This document shows, piece by piece, positions 39,536 to 49,740 of a DNA stretch of 64,000 nucleotides. The first letter of the stretch is position 1. Every line of letters begins with the position of its first letter. Both the position numbers and the translations under genes were made by a program. The stretch comes from Candidatus Moranbacteria bacterium GW2011_GWF2_35_54 (GTDB taxonomy: Bacteria; Patescibacteriota; Minisyncoccia; Moranbacterales; UBA9337): NCBI GenBank assembly GCA_000990945.1, contig LBQR01000003.1, positions 11,089 through 75,088 on the forward strand, read 5' to 3'. The notes under the pieces are model-generated. The model made no database searches. It saw only the letters and a list, made by a program, of their open reading frames with translations, and was not told where the DNA came from.

Positions 39536-40105
39536 ATGAAAAACATTTTGCAAGGACCAACAAAGATGGAAGAGGCTGTTGGGAAATTAGTTATTCTCAA
39601 CGGAAAATTTATTGTCATCGATACCGATACAACGCAAGATGAAAAAGGTACAGCTGAAATAGTAACCATCTGTCCTTCGAATGAAGAGATTGAGGAAAAA
39701 CAAATTGATTTTATGGTCAAATCATTTGCTTCAGGAGGTGGCGGACATTTCAAAGCCGGCAATACCGACTTTACGGTTTCCGACATCTGGCGTTGCAATC
39801 CCAGCAATGACCATATGCTCAAAAATCATCAAGACCAGACCAAAATAGTAGTTGTGAAAAATGAGGAAACCGGGGAATTCTTTCTAATAATGAGCGAGGA
39901 CGTCTCCATTCGAGCGGCAAAAGATTTTTTGCAAAGCATAAATGATGAAATGTCACGCAATGATGATTCGCCGCTGATCGCAATTACCGGAGGGAGGTAT
40001 TTATCTTTTCCATATGAAATTACCAAACCAATGGGAGCGGCTGGCAACATAAGATTCGAAGTCGTGACCAACAACGGATTGGCTACAATTAAACTCAGGC
40101 TTTAA
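39536..40105 (+). CDS. Hypothetical cytoplasmic protein (189 aa)
   Basis: Strong SD aaaggagg upstream of ATG(MKNILQGP), position taken from ORF-track arithmetic. The track ORF start at 39479 lacks an RBS. Confidence 0.5.
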   Translation: MKNILQGPTKMEEAVGKLVILNGKFIVIDTDTTQDEKGTAEIVTICPSNEEIEEKQIDFMVKSFASGGGGHFKAGNTDFTVSDIWRCNPSNDHMLKNHQDQTKIVVVKNEETGEFFLIMSEDVSIRAAKDFLQSINDEMSRNDDSPLIAITGGRYLSFPYEITKPMGAAGNIRFEVVTNNGLATIKLRL

Positions 40106-40366
40106 CCAAACAGCCGATACACCATTTCAACAAGCCGTTTTAAAAAGCACAACTGCTATTTGAAACGGTTTTTTTATACAAAAAAATCTTAAAGAACATT
40201 TGGTGCTACCCTGGGCAAAGAATGAAATCACGACGGCGAATGAGTGATGCGGAAATCCCTCATCTTCAACACAAAACTTATACTTTTTTTACAAAATAAA
40301 AAGCAGGAGAAAATAGATTACATTTCTCCTGCCTCTGCGAATTTTTTGATAGCGAAACAGGTTATA

Positions 40367-40744
40367 TCATTTTTTTCCGAAGAAAGGATTTTCTTCTGAG
40401 GATTTTAGAATTTCTTCCTGAGTTAGAGATTGAGTTTCCCAACCACCGTTGATATATTCCAAGTCGCACACAGGACAGCGCACGATGGAAAAGCTATAAG
40501 GGTTGCCACTGCCACGCATCGTGCATCCGAATCCAAACCACATTCCTTGGCTATGGTCATATCCACAGCTTACGCAAGCGACTTGTCCAGATTCTAACTG
40601 ACCGGCAGTGCTTCTGAAAGACAGAGTTGTCTCCTTATCTTGTTCTCCGTAATGTCCCATAGTTCTCCTAACAACAATCTTTTCATCTCCGAAAGCTGGA
40701 GCTACGAAGTTTTCTATGCTTAGTTTTTCAGTGTCTTTTGCCAT
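40367..40744 (-). CDS. Hypothetical Cys-rich protein (CxxC...CxxC zinc-ribbon-like)
   Basis: ORF with CVSCGYDH ... CPVC pairs. Confidence 0.45.
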   Translation of the reverse strand: MAKDTEKLSIENFVAPAFGDEKIVVRRTMGHYGEQDKETTLSFRSTAGQLESGQVACVSCGYDHSQGMWFGFGCTMRGSGNPYSFSIVRCPVCDLEYINGGWETQSLTQEEILKSSEENPFFGKK

Positions 40745-40940
40745 AGCTTTCTCCTGTTACTCATATATTTTCTTAAAATTAGTCCTTATCTAATTTTACT
40801 ATATGAGTGTTGCAATTAATTCTTGAACTCAAGGTGCCAAACATTGACATCCATATTATAAGATGTTAAGGTTTAGGGTAATTTATAAAAATATAAATTT
40901 TACGAAGTTCTTAAGATTAATCGAAAATGGGGGTGAAATC

Positions 40941-41420
40941 ATGTTTACAAACAAAAATAATGTTGGATTAAAAATCAGCTTCATTATTATGTTGATAGCT
41001 ACAATTGTAGGCTTTGAAAAGTTTATATATCCATCACTCTTCAATGATAAATCTCCAAAGACGCACGCCATTGAAATTGGTTGGACGATTAATAATTCTT
41101 CTAATATCTCTGGCTACGAGCTTTATCTTAACGGCAAAAAAGTATGCGCTTGGCGTGATTGGGAGAAAGCCACTCTCGAAAATACGGCTTCCACAAAAAG
41201 TACTAGGGAATTTTACATAGCCCTTCCTCGCACTGGCGTTTCTTTTATTACTTTAGTTTCTATTGAAATGGATGGAACAAAATCCATGCATTCACACCCA
41301 GCTTATATTGCCACTTATAATGGGAAAGTTATATCCAAAGGCATTGTTCCAGATACGTCGCAACCAAAAACCGAAGAAGAAATTCCAACCTCCAAAAAAG
41401 ATAGGGTCTTCTCTATCTAA
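40941..41420 (+). CDS. Hypothetical membrane-anchored protein
   Basis: ATG preceded by ggggtgaaatc. N-terminal TM helix. Confidence 0.45.
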   Translation: MFTNKNNVGLKISFIIMLIATIVGFEKFIYPSLFNDKSPKTHAIEIGWTINNSSNISGYELYLNGKKVCAWRDWEKATLENTASTKSTREFYIALPRTGVSFITLVSIEMDGTKSMHSHPAYIATYNGKVISKGIVPDTSQPKTEEEIPTSKKDRVFSI

Positions 41421-41534
41421 AAGAATCACCTCATGTGCCTCGAGTCATCAGACTTGAGGCACATATTTTTTTGTCAATAATTTCATAAAAAAACAGCCCT
41501 AAGAGCTGTTTTTAATGTTAAAAATATTGCGACT

Positions 41535-41822
41535 TTAATTGGCGGGATTTTTAGGAGCGCGAGTCTGGCTGATGAGACAAATGTTTCGAAAAGTAACCGT
41601 TTTGCCGTCTTCTCCGCTTTTGGTATTTTCTGTTATTCCGAAAGAATAAGTATTACCAATAGCTACGCCTAATTTCTCAAAATCTGTTTGCGCTCGACTG
41701 ACCTGACCGTCTCGTTTAGTTTGAAAAAAAGAATAAAAGTTGCCTCCAGCTTTGATAGCTACTCGACCATTTTCCACTTTGATATCCTCTACTGTCAAAT
41801 CCATAAATTTTATATCACTCAT
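41535..41822 (-). CDS. Small hypothetical protein (95 aa) sharing the structured leader with the Pif1 gene
   Basis: ORF begins immediately after conserved leader copy B. Confidence 0.5.
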   Translation of the reverse strand: MSDIKFMDLTVEDIKVENGRVAIKAGGNFYSFFQTKRDGQVSRAQTDFEKLGVAIGNTYSFGITENTKSGEDGKTVTFRNICLISQTRAPKNPAN

Positions 41823-41915
41823 TTTTTATTTACCCCCCATTAAATAACAAAGCTTACTTCGATTTAACGGGGTAAACCGTCAAATTGTAATAATTCACAT
41901 TATTTAACTGGGGTG
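41823..41915 (-). promoter_or_regulatory. Conserved structured 5' leader (copy B)
   Basis: Aligns with 2783-2876: cattttttatttacccccc-attaaat ... atttaacggggtaaacc..caaattg ... atttaactgggg. Confidence 0.5.
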
Positions 41916-41981
41916 CTTGTTAAATTTATATTATTTATTTTAGCACAAGAAAGAAAATAATAGAAATTTCCTATTTCAACA

Positions 41982-44900
41982 TTAATCTATCGGGTGAATT
42001 AATTTCTTCATTCCAATTTTTCTTTTTCTCAGATACCAAGCCAATGCAAATCCACCAACACCGACTAGTCCGACATAGGGCCAGGTTCTTTTTTGGGATT
42101 GATTTAGGTTTTCTTGAGATGCTGATGCTCCCTTTACTCTTGCGTCATTATTTTCTTCATCTTGTTTTACTTCATTATTCTGAGTTACATTATTAGCTTG
42201 ATCTTCTTGGACGTTTTGATTTGCTGGAGTCTCTGATGACACTTCTGCAGTCTGCGGAGTGTCTTCAGCGCCCTCATCAGTTACAACCGCTTCTCCGTCT
42301 TCGGAAATTTTAACAGAAATAACTCTTGCGTCCCCCTTATTGCCAGCTTCGTCTAATGTAACCAGTTTATAATAATATTTTTCTCCTATCTTGACATCTC
42401 TGTCGGTTATTTCTTCATCATTTTCGGCATTTTCAGAAATACGCGATCCGGAATTAATATGAAAATCTCTGTGTTTTCCGCGATAAATATATACTTTATA
42501 AATATCAGCATCCGGGGTTCGCCAATCTAATTTTACGATATTCCTATCCTCTTCATAATTTGCATCCAAATCTTCAACTACACCGGGATTAAGCGTATCT
42601 ACTTTTACATTTTTGATACCCACATTGCTATAATTTCCAGCTTTATCTAATGAACGATAATAGAAAATATGCTTACCATCATTAATTTTTACTGTCTCTG
42701 TGTAAGTTATCCAAGTACCTGTTTGCGAATCAATTTGATATTCTATTTTATCCAGAGCCACGCTGTCGACTGCATTTAAATTTATTTCTGGAATAGAATT
42801 GTACCAATCATTGTCTCCATTGGGATTTTTCGGATTAATTGACAAACCAACTGTAGGGATGGTTTTATCCAAAACTATAGTTAAAGTATAAGTATCTTCT
42901 GTATTTCCAGCATTATCTACGGCATGTGATTTGATGGTGTATGAATCTTGCGCAGGTGAAGATAAATTATAATTCCAAGAGGTGGTCCCTGTAGCATTAA
43001 TTAAAATCTCACCATCAACCCAAGTTGATAAGCCATTCCAATATTTTCCTGCACTATTTTTGATAGAAAGCTTCACTCCAGCCACTCCGCTTAAACTATC
43101 GGAAGCTGTGCCGGCTATAATCCCATTCCAATCATTACTATAAACTGTTTCATTATCTTCTCCACCATTTATAACACTAGCTGGTTTTGTATAATCAATG
43201 TTAGCTCCGTTTGAAGTCACCGTAACAATATTACAATTGCCGGCTAAATCGCAAACATTTGGCGTAATCGAACAAGTTTGATTTTCACCTTCGGAAGTTA
43301 TGTCGCAAATCGGCGCGACATAATCATCAGCCATGTTGGCATCGCCATAGTTGAAAATCGAAGTCTGCATGGAATTATACCAAGTGGTTCCGAAATCAGT
43401 TTTTTCTGAAAGAGCTGGTGCGGTATTGTCCACAATCAATTCAAACACAAAGTCTGTGCTACGATTATCCGCTACGTCTCTTTCCGCAAACTTAATTTGA
43501 TATTCACCATCTTCCACATTTTCTGTATTCCAAGAATAAAGTAATTTATCACTAAATTCGTCCGTATGATTTACTACTTTAGAATACATTTGTTTTCCAT
43601 CACTCTTTCTAAATATTGCTAACCAATAATGATGAGGATTTTCCTCTGTGACTGAACCTTTGATATCCAAAACCCCGGCAACAAAACTTGGCACAGAAGC
43701 CAGGCTTACTATTGGTAAAGTTTTATCAATATAATCTACTTCAGCTAAAGCAGTGCCAGTATTTCCGGCAGCATCTTTAAATTCAAAGGTAAAGGTTCCA
43801 TTTTCTGTAAAAGTATAGGTTGCATTATCGGAGTTATTGGTCACAGTAACTTCCTCGCTTGGATTGAGAGTGGCCACTACGTTCTCGTTTGTCAGACTAT
43901 CTTTATTATAAGAAATAGTCGCAGTTGGTGCGGTATTATCAACCGTAACTTTCCAAAGTGGACTCCATGCACTCTCGTTACCGGCAGCATCCACGGCTTT
44001 TACTCTCCACCAAAAGGTTGCATCAGAAACATTACTCGCACTCTTAGAATTTGTGTTAAATTCTTCATGCCATCTTAAGTTTGTAGCACTCTCGTTATGA
44101 TAACTTTCATAAATATATTTAACCGCGTCAGGCACAACATTCCAAGAAGTGACTAAAGATGGAAATCCTTTTTTGAAAGAATTATTTTCAGGAGAAACAA
44201 GTGTAGGCGCAGCTGGCACAATCGAATCATAAGTTATACTACAAATATTTGACCAACTAGAAACATTGCCTGCTGCATCTTTGGCTCTCACTTCAATATT
44301 GTGAATACCTTCATTTAATGAACCACTATACTGAGAAGCTGTGAAGCTAGTATTCCAATCTCCACGATTTGAAGAATTAACAAGCGGATAATTGATATGA
44401 TAATCATAACCAACAACTCCAAAATTATCACTAGAATCCGACCAATCCACAGTTATGTTTTTAATATTTGTAATTGCGCCACAAGATAAATTTGGATTTT
44501 TAAATCCATTTATAGTTGGAACAGTCGGTTTCGTCCAATCTGCTGTATATTTACAGCTATTATCTCTTCCCTGCACTCCGCCAAACCAAGCTGATTTATT
44601 TCCTGCTTTATCAACTGCCCTTATCTGAACGCCATACGTTCCTTCTGCTGGAACTGTCCACCATGAAGCATTGAAATATGGAACAGTAAAATTTCTCATT
44701 GGACCGGTACTTCCATCTGCATTAAAAGAAACGTATTCATAATGATCAAAGTCTGCTTCGACGTTAGCATTCCAATACACATCAAAATTTCTAGCTGATG
44801 TCATTTCCCCACAAGCTACATTTTTATTATTCACAGTATCTTTGAAATATATTCCCGTTGGAGCCGCTGGAGAGGTTGCATCATAAAAATAATGCACTGA

Positions 44901-47900
44901 GTTACTCCACTCTCCTTCATTTCCTGCATTATCAATCGCCTGCACTCGAATTGTCACACCCCCTTGCTCATCGATATTTGGCACATGGTTTCTCCAATTA
45001 TTGGTTGTAGTTCTATAAGGACCATCGGAGAAAGCATGGTGATCATCATAAACATATTCTATTCGGTATTCTTTTATTCCAGAACTATCAGTTGCACTAG
45101 TCCATTCATTCTTTATTGGAGTAGTTGTAAAATATTGTTCAGCGCCAGGGAGATTAATTGTTAATTTATCTGGTGCATGCGTATCAATTGTCATATTCCA
45201 AATTTCACTCCAAGCACTTTCATTGCCAGCCTCATCAATCGCTCGAACTTGCCAATACCATTTACCATCTGGAGCACCTGATGAGTGAATCATATTGCTT
45301 GGCAACACTTCGGACTTCCAGAGGCCGGATGTTAAAATTCCCTCAGATTGCGCAGAATTTAAAGATGATTGAAACTTATATTTTACAGTTGATTCGTCAG
45401 TTGAAGCATCCCAAGTGAAGTCAAAATTATTCGAATTTCTGTAAACATTGTGAGGCTGTCCGTTCATCGGCACACTTGGTGGCGTTGTGTCAGAAATTTC
45501 ATTCCAGTAGTCTACACTCCCGCCCACCTCATAATCATTTCCATTGCAAGTTCCGTGAGAGAATTCCGAACCATAACAATTATGTACTATTACTTCTTCA
45601 ACTTGGTCGATATTGCTTTGATCAGCTACTGACCACGAAACTGTTGATTTTGCATCAAGGTTATTGAATTCATCCTCGAAATTGATATCAATTTCGTTCG
45701 AAGAAAAACTATTGTTCGCAAAACTTATTGGAGAAGAACTGGAGAGGCTTGGATCAGCAAAGGACACAAAAACGCCAGCACTTGCTCCAGAAATAGAATT
45801 ATTTTTTATTTCAGAAGGCGCATCAAAATAATAAAATCCAATGCCTTTTCCAGATGATAAATCTAGATCATTATCATTGACCTTTACAGATTCTAGATCC
45901 GAATCATCCGGTTGTGCCCAAACAAGAATCCGCCCAGATTCCGCATTGATAACGTTGCCTGAAATATCAATATTTTTCCAGCGATACGCTTCAAAAGAAT
46001 TAACAAAGTTGGATCCGTTAACTGTATTATCCGAAATCACTAAATGATTTCCAAAATCATCACCCTGTGCTTCAAGAAAAACCATAGAATATCCACCCGC
46101 AGAATTGCCATAATTTTTAAAATCATTATTGATTAGCGAAAATTTATTGAATCCTCTGTTCACAAAAATCGCATAACGTCCGCTTGAATTTTCTCCATCA
46201 AAGATTGAATTTTTGATAACTAGACCGGCATACGAACCATCAGTATCAATATTAAAAGAGTTATTTCCATACCCAGAAGAATCACCCTTGAAAGTAAATC
46301 CATCAATAATTAAATCATTAAAAGTAGCTCCAGAAAGTCGCATTCCCTGTATAAAGGTTACATCTGGACCATCTGTCGCGACCAAATTCAAATGATTTCC
46401 AAGAACATTCGAGATGTCAACATCGGCATATGAACCTGCTCTAACATTAATTTCTCCATTATTAGAAGCGGCTAACATCGCTGGTTTTATATTCATTCCA
46501 GCGCCCACTATAAAATTATTTTCCAACGTCGCATGATTCCCGACAGTTTGAATATATGAATCGGAATTTACTTGAAACGGAGCTGCTTGCATCACCAAAG
46601 CTACAGAAATAGCATTAGCTTCAGAATTTTGAAAAACTGTGAATTCCTCACTTCTATCTGCTCTTTCGTTATCACGAAAGGTTGTATTGCGAATTGCATA
46701 ATCATAACCAGAGGGCAAATCGATATTGCTTACTGCGTGGCCGTGCTCTTCATCAATATAAATTGGCCATGATTCTCCGAAACTATTTGAGCCACTGAAA
46801 GTTACATTATTAGTGCCTCCATTGATATAATCATACAAACCAACGCCACCCCAAGCATTTCCGATAGTAGAAATATTTTCTAAGGTTATATTAGTGGCAT
46901 TAGACAATGCAATTCCGACGCCAGCTGTTCCATTTCCATATGTCTCAATATTTTTCAAGGTGGCACTATTGACTGTGTTCAAGTCAATTTCTGAACGCCC
47001 TGAATCACTCACCCTAACATTCTCTATTATTAGATTATTAGTATGTGTCATTTTAAGACCATACTTTCCGCTAGTGTTAGCAGTAGGACCCTGCAAAGTA
47101 AAGTTTTTAAGAGTGATATTATTAACTTCAGAATTATTAGTAATACCATAGCCATTCACACTGTTTGCATTAATCACTACCCCAGTCTTACTTTCTCCAA
47201 TAATAGAAACTTGTTTATCTATATTAAGAGTCGAGACAAGCGCGTAATTCCCTTCTTTTACTCTGATTTCAAATCCATTAGATGCCGCATCAATTCCTTC
47301 CTGAATAGTATTGAAAGGATGCGCTTCGGTTCCGTCCTCAACTCCCGCATTGCTATCGTCTACGTAGATAATGGTCGACACCTCCGGTACATCACAAACA
47401 TCGCCAACCCCATTACTATTGGAATCGGATTGATTGGAATTTGAAACACTTGCACAGTTATCGCAGACATTACCAATTCCGTCCCCGTCCGCATCGACCT
47501 GATCTGGGTTAGCCACTGAAGGACAGTTGTCATTACCACCGGAAAGTCCGTCTCCATCAAAATCAATAGCTACTAAATTATTTGAAGAATTATTTGTCGG
47601 GGTATTTGCAATTGCCCAAGTACTTCCCCCATCTTCCGTCCTGGCAATTGATTGAGCACTATCTGGCTCATTTCCACCTAGGTCTTGCGCATTCACAATT
47701 GTAACATTCTTTATTCTAAATGATACCTCATCGATCAAATCATTCGAACTGTTCCTTAATATAATAGTATCTCCTGGATCATCGTTTAGATCATTGGATA
47801 GCTCATGTATTACAAAACCATGCCCAGATATCGAATTTGCGGAAATATTATGACAATTCTCCGATCCATTTCCTCCGCTCAGTTCACAAAGTTTCCAACC

Positions 47901-48803
47901 ACTTAAACTAACTAAGCTATTGGTTTTATTATAAAGCTCCACCCACTCATCTCCAGAATACACAAACTCATTAATCAGAATATTGGCAGTGCTCTCATTA
48001 AAGACCACGGCTGTGTTTTCAGATGATATCGTTCCCACCACCACAAACACAGTCATGTGATCCAATTCCGCATTTACTTTTGCACTTTTTACTTCGATAT
48101 TTTCATCTGAAACAACTTCTGCTTTTTTCAATCCATCCACGTCTTCGGCAAATTTAATCTGCACATTGTTTTCATTTTCTGGCTTTGGCAAAGTTAAATC
48201 ATATTTAAAAGTTCCATTTTCCATATCAGATGTGATGTCATAAGCTTTGTCAGAAAGCGCTCCGAGTTCAACAATTTGTTCATCTGTTAAAGTAATTTCT
48301 TCAATAGTGAGACTGCCGGGATTTTTTGGTAATTTGGAAAAAGTAACGGTAACTTTATCATTTTGAGGTGCTTTATATGTCTCATCTACTTTAACCGGGC
48401 TAATTGTCGCCTCTTTTCCATTCACATCCCAGACTGCTTCTTTAACAGATAAAGATTTTTCCACGTCTTCTGTTTTTTCTACTTTTTCTGCTTCTTTCGT
48501 CTCTTCTATATCTTCTGTTTTCAAATCTTCTTCTGTCTTTTCTTTCTCTTCAACTACTACATCTTTTTCAATCGGCTCAACATCATCTTTAACCTCTGTT
48601 GCTTCAGGCGTGCTCTTTTTATCTTCTGAAACATCTACTGGCTCTTCAATCACAATCGTCTCATCCCCTTCTGTAGCGTGAGCCACATTTAGGAAAAGAA
48701 AATTGAGAGAGGACATTTGCATAACAAACATTGGCAACATTATACTTGCTAAAATCTTTCGCATTAGTTTTTGATTGCTTTTTTTGAACATTTTTTCAAT
48801 CAT
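41982..48803 (-). CDS. Giant (2273 aa) cell-surface protein: signal peptide, acidic spacer, lamin-tail domain, TSP3 Ca-binding repeats, right-handed beta-helix repeats, multiple FN3/Ig-like domains, C-terminal TM anchor + KRK tail
   Basis: LTD signature LINEFVYSGDEWVELYN. DxDxDGxxDxxDNC repeats. NxxIxxN beta-helix rungs. C-terminal WPYVGLVGVGGFALAWYLRKRK. Confidence 0.75.
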   Translation of the reverse strand: MIEKMFKKSNQKLMRKILASIMLPMFVMQMSSLNFLFLNVAHATEGDETIVIEEPVDVSEDKKSTPEATEVKDDVEPIEKDVVVEEKEKTEEDLKTEDIEETKEAEKVEKTEDVEKSLSVKEAVWDVNGKEATISPVKVDETYKAPQNDKVTVTFSKLPKNPGSLTIEEITLTDEQIVELGALSDKAYDITSDMENGTFKYDLTLPKPENENNVQIKFAEDVDGLKKAEVVSDENIEVKSAKVNAELDHMTVFVVVGTISSENTAVVFNESTANILINEFVYSGDEWVELYNKTNSLVSLSGWKLCELSGGNGSENCHNISANSISGHGFVIHELSNDLNDDPGDTIILRNSSNDLIDEVSFRIKNVTIVNAQDLGGNEPDSAQSIARTEDGGSTWAIANTPTNNSSNNLVAIDFDGDGLSGGNDNCPSVANPDQVDADGDGIGNVCDNCASVSNSNQSDSNSNGVGDVCDVPEVSTIIYVDDSNAGVEDGTEAHPFNTIQEGIDAASNGFEIRVKEGNYALVSTLNIDKQVSIIGESKTGVVINANSVNGYGITNNSEVNNITLKNFTLQGPTANTSGKYGLKMTHTNNLIIENVRVSDSGRSEIDLNTVNSATLKNIETYGNGTAGVGIALSNATNITLENISTIGNAWGGVGLYDYINGGTNNVTFSGSNSFGESWPIYIDEEHGHAVSNIDLPSGYDYAIRNTTFRDNERADRSEEFTVFQNSEANAISVALVMQAAPFQVNSDSYIQTVGNHATLENNFIVGAGMNIKPAMLAASNNGEINVRAGSYADVDISNVLGNHLNLVATDGPDVTFIQGMRLSGATFNDLIIDGFTFKGDSSGYGNNSFNIDTDGSYAGLVIKNSIFDGENSSGRYAIFVNRGFNKFSLINNDFKNYGNSAGGYSMVFLEAQGDDFGNHLVISDNTVNGSNFVNSFEAYRWKNIDISGNVINAESGRILVWAQPDDSDLESVKVNDNDLDLSSGKGIGFYYFDAPSEIKNNSISGASAGVFVSFADPSLSSSSPISFANNSFSSNEIDINFEDEFNNLDAKSTVSWSVADQSNIDQVEEVIVHNCYGSEFSHGTCNGNDYEVGGSVDYWNEISDTTPPSVPMNGQPHNVYRNSNNFDFTWDASTDESTVKYKFQSSLNSAQSEGILTSGLWKSEVLPSNMIHSSGAPDGKWYWQVRAIDEAGNESAWSEIWNMTIDTHAPDKLTINLPGAEQYFTTTPIKNEWTSATDSSGIKEYRIEYVYDDHHAFSDGPYRTTTNNWRNHVPNIDEQGGVTIRVQAIDNAGNEGEWSNSVHYFYDATSPAAPTGIYFKDTVNNKNVACGEMTSARNFDVYWNANVEADFDHYEYVSFNADGSTGPMRNFTVPYFNASWWTVPAEGTYGVQIRAVDKAGNKSAWFGGVQGRDNSCKYTADWTKPTVPTINGFKNPNLSCGAITNIKNITVDWSDSSDNFGVVGYDYHINYPLVNSSNRGDWNTSFTASQYSGSLNEGIHNIEVRAKDAAGNVSSWSNICSITYDSIVPAAPTLVSPENNSFKKGFPSLVTSWNVVPDAVKYIYESYHNESATNLRWHEEFNTNSKSASNVSDATFWWRVKAVDAAGNESAWSPLWKVTVDNTAPTATISYNKDSLTNENVVATLNPSEEVTVTNNSDNATYTFTENGTFTFEFKDAAGNTGTALAEVDYIDKTLPIVSLASVPSFVAGVLDIKGSVTEENPHHYWLAIFRKSDGKQMYSKVVNHTDEFSDKLLYSWNTENVEDGEYQIKFAERDVADNRSTDFVFELIVDNTAPALSEKTDFGTTWYNSMQTSIFNYGDANMADDYVAPICDITSEGENQTCSITPNVCDLAGNCNIVTVTSNGANIDYTKPASVINGGEDNETVYSNDWNGIIAGTASDSLSGVAGVKLSIKNSAGKYWNGLSTWVDGEILINATGTTSWNYNLSSPAQDSYTIKSHAVDNAGNTEDTYTLTIVLDKTIPTVGLSINPKNPNGDNDWYNSIPEINLNAVDSVALDKIEYQIDSQTGTWITYTETVKINDGKHIFYYRSLDKAGNYSNVGIKNVKVDTLNPGVVEDLDANYEEDRNIVKLDWRTPDADIYKVYIYRGKHRDFHINSGSRISENAENDEEITDRDVKIGEKYYYKLVTLDEAGNKGDARVISVKISEDGEAVVTDEGAEDTPQTAEVSSETPANQNVQEDQANNVTQNNEVKQDEENNDARVKGASASQENLNQSQKRTWPYVGLVGVGGFALAWYLRKRKIGMKKLIHPID

Positions 48804-49018
48804 ATTTATTTTTTAAAATTTATTTATTTATTAAAAATTTGCAAAAAAAAGCCGACCATTTTTTACTATGATACCTCCATAGCAAAAACCAGTTGACTTT
48901 CTAAAGCAAAATTATTTCTTTTTATCCAAAAGAATGTTTTCATCACCCGTATTTTAGAACAAAATTCCTTTATCTTGTTCTATTTTATATTTAATTTATT
49001 TTTTTCTATTAAATTTTC

Positions 49019-49052
49019 ATTCGTATATTCGTATGAATTCGTAATTCGTAGA
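49019..49052. promoter_or_regulatory. TTCGTA x4 direct-repeat array (attcgtatattcgtatgaattcgtaattcgtag), ~220 bp upstream of giant surface protein gene
   Basis: Hexamer spacing 8-9 bp. Confidence 0.45.
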
Positions 49053-49379
49053 GAGTAACAAAAAAAACCGACTCAAACAACAAATCCTTATACTTGGATT
49101 TATTATTTAAGCCGGTTTCGCCATTGGACTCCTCGTGTAATTCATTAGCGACCAATCTTTTCAGGATACCTCGGTCTTTCTTTGCACGAATCAATGCCTC
49201 TTAAAAATATTCAATTTTATTTTCCTCACTACAATATTAACATACTCGCGCTAGAATACAAGCAACCTTTTTAATCCACGGAACTTTTCATTTGACTTTT
49301 ATCGCTAAATAGTGCTAGCCTTTAGACAACGGAATGTTTCTTATAATTTAAGAGGTTAAATTATATTACGGAGGAGAAA

Positions 49380-49589
49380 ATGGCAGAACGAAATAAACCC
49401 AATGAAAACGCTAGCGAAAATGAGCACCCCTGCGATATTGAAATTCGCGCCCTGCAAGAATCCGCCCGGAGCATAATCAATATTGAGGAGGTTTTTTGGA
49501 GAAGAAGCGCCCTTGCCAATGAAGAATTTTGGGATTATGTCCAAAGAATTCGTGCGCTTCAAAAAAAGCGGAGGCAAGAAGATGAATAA
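49380..49589 (+). CDS. Small hypothetical acidic protein (69 aa)
   Basis: SD ggaggag upstream. Followed by two strong terminator hairpins. Confidence 0.5.
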   Translation: MAERNKPNENASENEHPCDIEIRALQESARSIINIEEVFWRRSALANEEFWDYVQRIRALQKKRRQEDE

Positions 49590-49597
49590 GGTTTTAA

Positions 49598-49635
49598 CCC
49601 CGCAGGCTGCGTGCCAGTCTGCGGGTGTTTTTATT
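49598..49635 (+). terminator. Intrinsic terminator (cccgcag...ctgcggg + tgtttttattt)
   Basis: Seen in sequence. Confidence 0.65.
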
Positions 49636-49690
49636 TAAAAATAGCGGTCCAACCGCTAAAGCTTTAGCGGTTGGACCGCTATTTTTTAAG
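49636..49690. terminator. Perfect 24-bp-arm palindrome aaaatagcggtccaaccgctaaag|ctttagcggttggaccgctatttt flanked by A/T runs (bidirectional terminator-like)
   Basis: Seen in sequence. Confidence 0.6.
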
Positions 49691-49740
49691 GTTGTTTTAT
49701 TTCTTTTTATGTTTATTTGCTTTAATGCTATTTTGTTTTT

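Noticed and set aside
49009-49194. 61-aa ORF
   Set aside because: Overlaps the TTCGTA repeat array and an A/T-rich spacer. No RBS. Spurious.
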